Shown one piece after another: positions 16,143 to 20,000 of a stretch of DNA of 20,000 nt. A program made the position numbers and the translations under genes. The DNA comes from an uncultured virus (IMG/VR IMGVR_UViG_3300028832_000141) (taxonomy: Duplodnaviria; Heunggongvirae; Uroviricota; Caudoviricetes). The stretch covers positions 46,492 through 66,491 of the IMG/VR virus record IMGVR_UViG_3300028832_000141. The stretch is one strand, 5' to 3'. Position 1 is the stretch's first letter, and every line of letters starts with the position of its first letter. The notes beneath the pieces are model-generated. The model was not told the DNA's origin. It saw only the letters and a program-made list of their open reading frames with translations, and did no database searches.

Positions 16143-16422
16143 TTGTTTCTTCCCCTCTCCTTTTTTTATAGTTAAATGGGTCTTCACGCATTTTAATAGT
16201 TTCTGCTTTATCCCGATACTGAAAGACTAAAAGTTTAATGGTATATGCTAACCATTCAAGGTCTTTTAACGCAAGCCACTCCGCTTCTTCACGCATCTGA
16301 TTGTTTCCGAGAACCGAATTAAAAATGCGCATTTTATCATCTTCTAAATCCTTTTCTAACGTAGAAAGAATGTCATACATTTCTTCCCTTAATTGCACTT
16401 TGTTTTTACACAGTTCAAACAA
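16129..16422 (-). CDS. Hypothetical helical protein
   Basis: TTG start after AGAGGAG. Confidence 0.65.
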   Translation of the reverse strand: MFELCKNKVQLREEMYDILSTLEKDLEDDKMRIFNSVLGNNQMREEAEWLALKDLEWLAYTIKLLVFQYRDKAETIKMREDPFNYKKRRGEETNEKT

Positions 16423-16817
16423 GTTTCGTTCTCCTCTCTTTCTGTTCTTTCACGTTTTAAATCCACCAAAGTAATTGCAAGCCTTTCTATTGTGCGTTCC
16501 ATAAATTGATGTTGCAATGTATTTTCTTCTGGGCAAAACGGATCAAAATGCAGATGCAAAAGTTCGTGTACCAAAATAACTTCCATGTCCTGCGGAAACC
16601 ATGAGTCTTTTGGATAATCTATACTGTCAAGCACCTTTATCACAGATCGCCCAGTTTCTAAATCAAAAGTATTTTCACCGATGCAGTTCTCATTAACAAA
16701 ATCGCTTGCCCTGTAAACACCTGCCGCTATATCCCAAGAGTTAAGGCGCAACCTGTCACGCCACTCCGCACACAGCTTTTGCAGGTTCTCATCCGATACG
16801 ACAAACTCCTCACGCAT
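16389..16817 (-). CDS. HExxH zinc-metallopeptidase-like phage protein
   Basis: ILVHELLHLHF motif; ATG 16817 follows AGGAG. Confidence 0.72.
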   Translation of the reverse strand: MREEFVVSDENLQKLCAEWRDRLRLNSWDIAAGVYRASDFVNENCIGENTFDLETGRSVIKVLDSIDYPKDSWFPQDMEVILVHELLHLHFDPFCPEENTLQHQFMERTIERLAITLVDLKRERTEREENETCLNCVKTKCN

Positions 16818-17064
16818 CCGGCTTCTCCTCTCTTTCTGATAATTTTTTACAGTTTTTTCGCACGGCTTCTGCACATTCCCTTTGCAACCGTTCTCCGGCC
16901 TGACCCAAAAACACACTCAAATAACAGCTTGGTTTGCCCCCCGACCGCAACGGCACCAGTTCAAACATACAACCGTCGCATTTCCCTATCTTTCCACGCC
17001 AATGCTCTTCGCAGTACAGCGCCAACACCTCTGCCGACAGCAAGGCCAGCTTATGCGTTACCAC
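16810..17064 (-). CDS. Small Cys-rich hypothetical protein
   Basis: YCEEH...CDGCMF...C pattern; overlaps both neighbours. Confidence 0.6.
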   Translation of the reverse strand: MVTHKLALLSAEVLALYCEEHWRGKIGKCDGCMFELVPLRSGGKPSCYLSVFLGQAGERLQRECAEAVRKNCKKLSEREEKPDA

Positions 17065-17416
17065 CTATCATCACCATATCCTTATCGCTGAAATTGTACA
17101 TTTTTGCCATGATTTCGCCCTCGTTGGTGACGTTGTTGTAATAGTCTGCATCAATGATTCCAACGCTGTTTGTCAGCATCAAACCATATTTGATGCCGTA
17201 GCTGGAACGTATATACAATTCAAGGTGTTCGTCTGCTGGCATACACGCTTTTACGCCAGTTCTTGTTGTGGCACTACCATGAGCAGGAATAACAACTTTT
17301 TCAATAGCGTAAAAATCGTATCCTGCGCTGTTCTTTGTCTGCCGTTTTGGTAATATCGGTCTTTCGTTTTTTGGCAGTTCTGCAAATTCAGAAATCACCT
17401 CAAAAAATCTGTTCAT
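17051..17416 (-). CDS. Second dUTPase, C-terminally truncated (lacks motifs IV and V)
   Basis: Motifs I-III present (SAGYDF, RSS, GIIDADY); ends ...DMVMIGGNA*; strong RBS AAAGGAG. Confidence 0.8.
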   Translation of the reverse strand: MNRFFEVISEFAELPKNERPILPKRQTKNSAGYDFYAIEKVVIPAHGSATTRTGVKACMPADEHLELYIRSSYGIKYGLMLTNSVGIIDADYYNNVTNEGEIMAKMYNFSDKDMVMIGGNA

Positions 17417-17436
17417 TTTTCCGCATCTCCTTTTCT

Positions 17437-17541
17437 TTAATCCAACCACTTATTAAAAACAAACATGGTAATTCCAAAACCAATAAAAAAGCCAATCAGA
17501 TGTACCCAGCTAACCGTGGTGTCAATGTATATGTGTATCAT
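17437..17541 (-). CDS. 34-aa membrane peptide (not in ORF track)
   Basis: MIHIYIDTTVSWVHLIGFFIGFGITMFVFNKWLD*. Confidence 0.5.
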   Translation of the reverse strand: MIHIYIDTTVSWVHLIGFFIGFGITMFVFNKWLD

Positions 17542-17674
17542 CGTCTTTCTTCCTACCATTTACCACAAAGTTAATATTGTTCCACGGCACAACACACAAA
17601 AGAAACAGTATTGTTATAATCCAATGGTCATAAGCGTTTTCTAATGCCCATTTCCAAAACTCCCATCCTGTCAT
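17522..17674 (-). CDS. Small membrane protein
   Basis: ATG 17674 after AAAGGGG; hydrophobic stretch WIITILFLLCVVPW. Confidence 0.55.
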   Translation of the reverse strand: MTGWEFWKWALENAYDHWIITILFLLCVVPWNNINFVVNGRKKDDDTHIH

Positions 17675-17773
17675 CTGTTCAACCGCCCCTTTTCTTGCAA
17701 TCTCCTCTCTTTTTGCAAAATCAGTGGAGTTAAATTGCAAATTCCCCTAATTTTGCAATTTTAGTGGTGTTGT

Positions 17774-17926
17774 TCACTTGCCACCATTCATCCATTGATG
17801 ATGTATTTTTACAAGGTGTTGCACTGTATAACTTTTCCACATCCAATATGCCCATTTCTCCCATCGTAAACAAGGGCTAACGCAAAAAGCCATTGTGCGT
17901 ATTATCATGCGTTTTCTGTTGTTCAT
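17774..17926 (-). CDS. 50-aa Trp-rich hypothetical protein (not in ORF track)
   Basis: ATGA overlap with the Lar-like gene; MNNRKRMIIRTMAFCVSPCLRWEKW...NGGK*. Confidence 0.5.
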   Translation of the reverse strand: MNNRKRMIIRTMAFCVSPCLRWEKWAYWMWKSYTVQHLVKIHHQWMNGGK

Positions 17927-18150
17927 AAGTACCCCTTTGCTTTTGCAAATTCAATGTTAATGTCAGGTACTCTGCGATTCCATGCTTCGATTGCTTTCTG
18001 CTCGGTTTCGTGCCAACCGCTTGACGAACCACACCCCTCTCCTGTGTTGTGCAAGATGTCATAACACACAACATAAAAACCACCCTCACAAGGAATAGTC
18101 GCAACCGCATCACCCCCACAGAAAGGGCAGGGTTTTAATTCTGTCATCAT
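17923..18150 (-). CDS. Lar-family restriction-alleviation-like zinc-finger protein (copy 1)
   Basis: ELKPCPFCGG...C...C...AIEAWNRR. Confidence 0.8.
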   Translation of the reverse strand: MMTELKPCPFCGGDAVATIPCEGGFYVVCYDILHNTGEGCGSSSGWHETEQKAIEAWNRRVPDINIEFAKAKGYL

Positions 18151-18423
18151 TCACCTCGGTGTGGTTGTTTTAACCACTCAATAAATGCTTTTACATTTTC
18201 TTTACGCACAGTTGGTAATTCTCCCCTATCTTCTATCCATGCCAATATTTCTGCCAACTGTTCCGTATTCGCAGATTTTAACCATTTCATTGGTCATTCC
18301 TGCTTGCAGTATTTTTTCTGACTTATCCAACATCTTACTTATCATCTTTTCCATGCGTTCCTGCCGTTTATCGGCTCGTTCTATAATTTTATCCATAAAA
18401 GTTGATTGATAACCTATATTCAT
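18147..18423 (-). pseudogene. Frameshifted gene carrying the TNEEW...WLK module
   Basis: ATGACCAATGAA-A-TGGTTA lacks 2 nt relative to its paralog (ATGACCAACGAAGAATGGTT). The shifted frame reads WLKSANTEQLAEILAW...FIEWLKQPHRGE* and ends in an ATGA overlap with 18150. Confidence 0.75.
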
Positions 18424-18698
18424 TGGTGTACCTCTTTCAGCCAATCCATTGCTTCTTCCGTGCCACTATGTCCATACACAATCTCTGCATTAAAAAATCT
18501 GTCCATTAGTTTGTCGGTTACCGCAATTTCATAAATTAACTCTGCCAACTGTTCCGTTGTGCAGGAACGCAACCATTCTTCGTTGGTCATTGGCTCTACA
18601 ACACCTTTGCCATCACAGAAAATGCACTCATCAAGCCATGAGGAATAATATCCATCGTTTATAACATATCCAACACCTTTACAATGTTCACATATCAT
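18420..18698 (-). CDS. CxxCxGxG zinc-finger plus TNEEW...WLK module protein
   Basis: CEHCKGVG...CIFCDGKG, then MTNEEWLRSCTTEQLAEL...DWLKEVHQ. Confidence 0.75.
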   Translation of the reverse strand: MICEHCKGVGYVINDGYYSSWLDECIFCDGKGVVEPMTNEEWLRSCTTEQLAELIYEIAVTDKLMDRFFNAEIVYGHSGTEEAMDWLKEVHQ

Positions 18699-18952
18699 TC
18701 CTTATGCACCGCCTTTAACCAATAGTCCCAAAACGCAACTGTCTTTACAAAACTAACATCTTTCCCATTTTCAATATCATCTAAAAGGCTTTCAAACGCT
18801 TTTGCCATGAACTCTGATTTTTCTGTTAGGGTCAGAGAATCAAACCATTCTTCGTTGGTTAGTGGTTCTTTTTTATAATTCGCACAATTCGTTGTCCATT
18901 CTCCATCGCATTGTTCTCGTAAGACGCAATCTGCACATAAATACTTGCTCAT
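18695..18952 (-). CDS. Cys4 N-terminus plus TNEEW...WLK module protein
   Basis: CADC...C...C, then LTNEEWFDSLTLTEKSEF...YWLKAVHKE. Confidence 0.75.
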   Translation of the reverse strand: MSKYLCADCVLREQCDGEWTTNCANYKKEPLTNEEWFDSLTLTEKSEFMAKAFESLLDDIENGKDVSFVKTVAFWDYWLKAVHKE

Positions 18953-18961
18953 TCTGTCACC

Positions 18962-19099
18962 TCACCAAACATAAACTTTCTTCTCTGCATGGCTTACGAA
19001 GAACCCCTTAATGCTTACTCCGTAACCGCCATGCCAAATAAACTCATAATCGGCAAAACCATTCTCTTCTGCCTTTTTAAAAAATTCTCTTATGGTCAT
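18962..19099 (-). CDS. 45-aa hypothetical protein (not in ORF track)
   Basis: MTIREFFKKAEENGFADYEF...KVYVW*; starts in one junction repeat and stops in the next. Confidence 0.65.
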   Translation of the reverse strand: MTIREFFKKAEENGFADYEFIWHGGYGVSIKGFFVSHAEKKVYVW

Positions 19100-19296
19100 T
19101 CTGCCACCTCACCCACCCTTTTGTTCCATGCTTCGATTGCTTCGATTCTTTTACTGAAAGTATCTGTACGGCAATAACAATTTAAGCACTCAACGTAATA
19201 CCAAACATGAGAGCCACAATCATATTTTTCATAAATCAGTGCATTATCCCCACAAAACGGACACCTCTTTAACTTTTTTAACTTTGGTTCTGTCAT
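19096..19296 (-). CDS. Lar-family restriction-alleviation-like protein (copy 2)
   Basis: LKRCPFCGD...VECLNC...AIEAWNKR. Confidence 0.8.
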   Translation of the reverse strand: MTEPKLKKLKRCPFCGDNALIYEKYDCGSHVWYYVECLNCYCRTDTFSKRIEAIEAWNKRVGEVAE

Positions 19297-19469
19297 TCTG
19301 CTACCTCACCCAACACAACCACTTTGTCATCGTAACCAATGTCTGTAACTTCAATGTCAAAAGTGCGAATGGAGAGAAATTTTGAATTTGTGTTTTTATC
19401 TGCAATACAAAATTTTAAGTCAAAATCTTCATATCCTGCCAACCTCTCAATCAGTTCTTTTGCTGTCAT
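19293..19469 (-). CDS. 58-aa hypothetical protein (not in ORF track)
   Basis: MTAKELIERLAGYEDFDLKF...VVLGEVAE*; bounded by junction repeats. Confidence 0.7.
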   Translation of the reverse strand: MTAKELIERLAGYEDFDLKFCIADKNTNSKFLSIRTFDIEVTDIGYDDKVVVLGEVAE

Positions 19470-19485
19470 TCTGCCACCTCACTAC

Positions 19486-19716
19486 TTAATCTTCATAACA
19501 TTCGTTATAAATCTGATTCAGAATATCATGCCCTTCTTCAATTGCTGCATACGCATTGCCAACATGAACTAACGCTTCGCCAATTTCGTACTCAATATCA
19601 CCATTGGTTTCTGCCCTTTTCAGCTTGCGTATCATCTTTTTCGCTTCGTCTATATCCTCGTTAATGTTTCTTAAAAGCCGTAGCGTTTTTCTCATCGTTC
19701 TTCCGTCATCGGTCAT
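19486..19716 (-). CDS. Hypothetical coiled-coil protein
   Basis: ORF track; RBS GGGGAG. Confidence 0.65.
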   Translation of the reverse strand: MTDDGRTMRKTLRLLRNINEDIDEAKKMIRKLKRAETNGDIEYEIGEALVHVGNAYAAIEEGHDILNQIYNECYED

Positions 19717-19731
19717 ATCTCACATCTCCCC

Positions 19732-19917
19732 CTACCTCACACCAAAATATATAAAAACCTTATTCATCATTTTTTTGCTACTTAATGCCGTGGTTGGCGT
19801 AAATCCTTTACCAACTCTGCAAATATGCCTATACCCCAATTTCAGCACACGCACAACATCGCAATCAGGCGTTCCCTTTTTTGTGTTGTAGTGGCAGAAG
19901 TAAAAATATCGTTTCAT
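19732..19917 (-). CDS. Basic hypothetical protein
   Basis: ORF track; RBS AGGGAG; ATGA overlap upstream. Confidence 0.6.
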   Translation of the reverse strand: MKRYFYFCHYNTKKGTPDCDVVRVLKLGYRHICRVGKGFTPTTALSSKKMMNKVFIYFGVR

Positions 19918-20000
19918 GGTATCTCCCTAATATCTGCGTATTCCGATAATCCGTTCATAACCATGTTTATATCTTTCAAAACTTGTTTTAATACGCCCCT
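19914..20000 (-). CDS. 3' end of a hypothetical gene entering from the right edge
   Basis: Open frame ...KQVLKDINMVMNGLSEYADIREIP* ending in an ATGA overlap. Confidence 0.5.
   Translation of the reverse strand, partial: RGVLKQVLKDINMVMNGLSEYADIREIP

Larger units (their letters stand above)
18949..19483 (-). repeat. Four copies of an 18-bp gene-junction repeat, consensus (G/A)GTGAGGT(G/A)(G/A)CAGAATGA on the minus strand
   Basis: + strand: TCATTCTGTCACCTCACC 18949-18966, TCATTCTGCCACCTCACC 19096-19113, TCATTCTGCTACCTCACC 19293-19310, TCATTCTGCCACCTCACT 19466-19483. Confidence 0.85.

Noticed and set aside
18226..18444. ORF-track 72-aa protein ending ...GMDRR
   Set aside because: Its C-terminus results from the frameshift; the alternative frame matches the paralogs and couples to the next gene.
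18949..19483. CRISPR array interpretation of the 18-bp repeats
   Set aside because: Repeats are too short, spacing is 147-197 bp, the intervals are coding, and there are no cas genes.
7094..20000. Stop-codon reassignment as an explanation for the many short ORFs
   Set aside because: Short genes each have their own RBS and end in TAA, TAG or TGA, and the conserved genes translate intact under the standard code.

Overview
A 20-kb segment of a tailed dsDNA bacteriophage, probably infecting a Bacillota host (AAAGGAG Shine-Dalgarno sites, sigma-A consensus promoters, RinA/ArpU- and RepL-like genes; host assignment is inference). There are three blocks. (1) Bases 1-5309, minus strand, GC-rich at the left: packaging module with a partial P22-like portal, a small ORF, TerL, TerS, an overlapping ORF and a RepL-like protein. 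(2) Bases ~5310-7090: about 1.8 kb of non-coding DNA with iteron-like repeats, an extreme AT tract, palindromes, a strong promoter and a ~380-nt structured leader. It is followed by a plus-strand array of about 25 small, often acidic or hydrophobic early genes (7094-14204) driven by three near-consensus promoters and closed by a bidirectional terminator. (3) Bases 14269-20000, minus strand: RinA-like activator, RusA, SSB, two dUTPases (one truncated), an HExxH protein, two Lar-like proteins and many small ORFs. The most notable observations are three families of conserved gene-boundary repeats (12-19 bp) that suggest cassette-like gene shuffling, three tandem genes sharing a C-terminal module (one frameshifted and missed by the ORF track), a structured RNA leader ahead of a membrane micropeptide, a very acidic DNA-mimic candidate, and the intact/truncated dUTPase pair.
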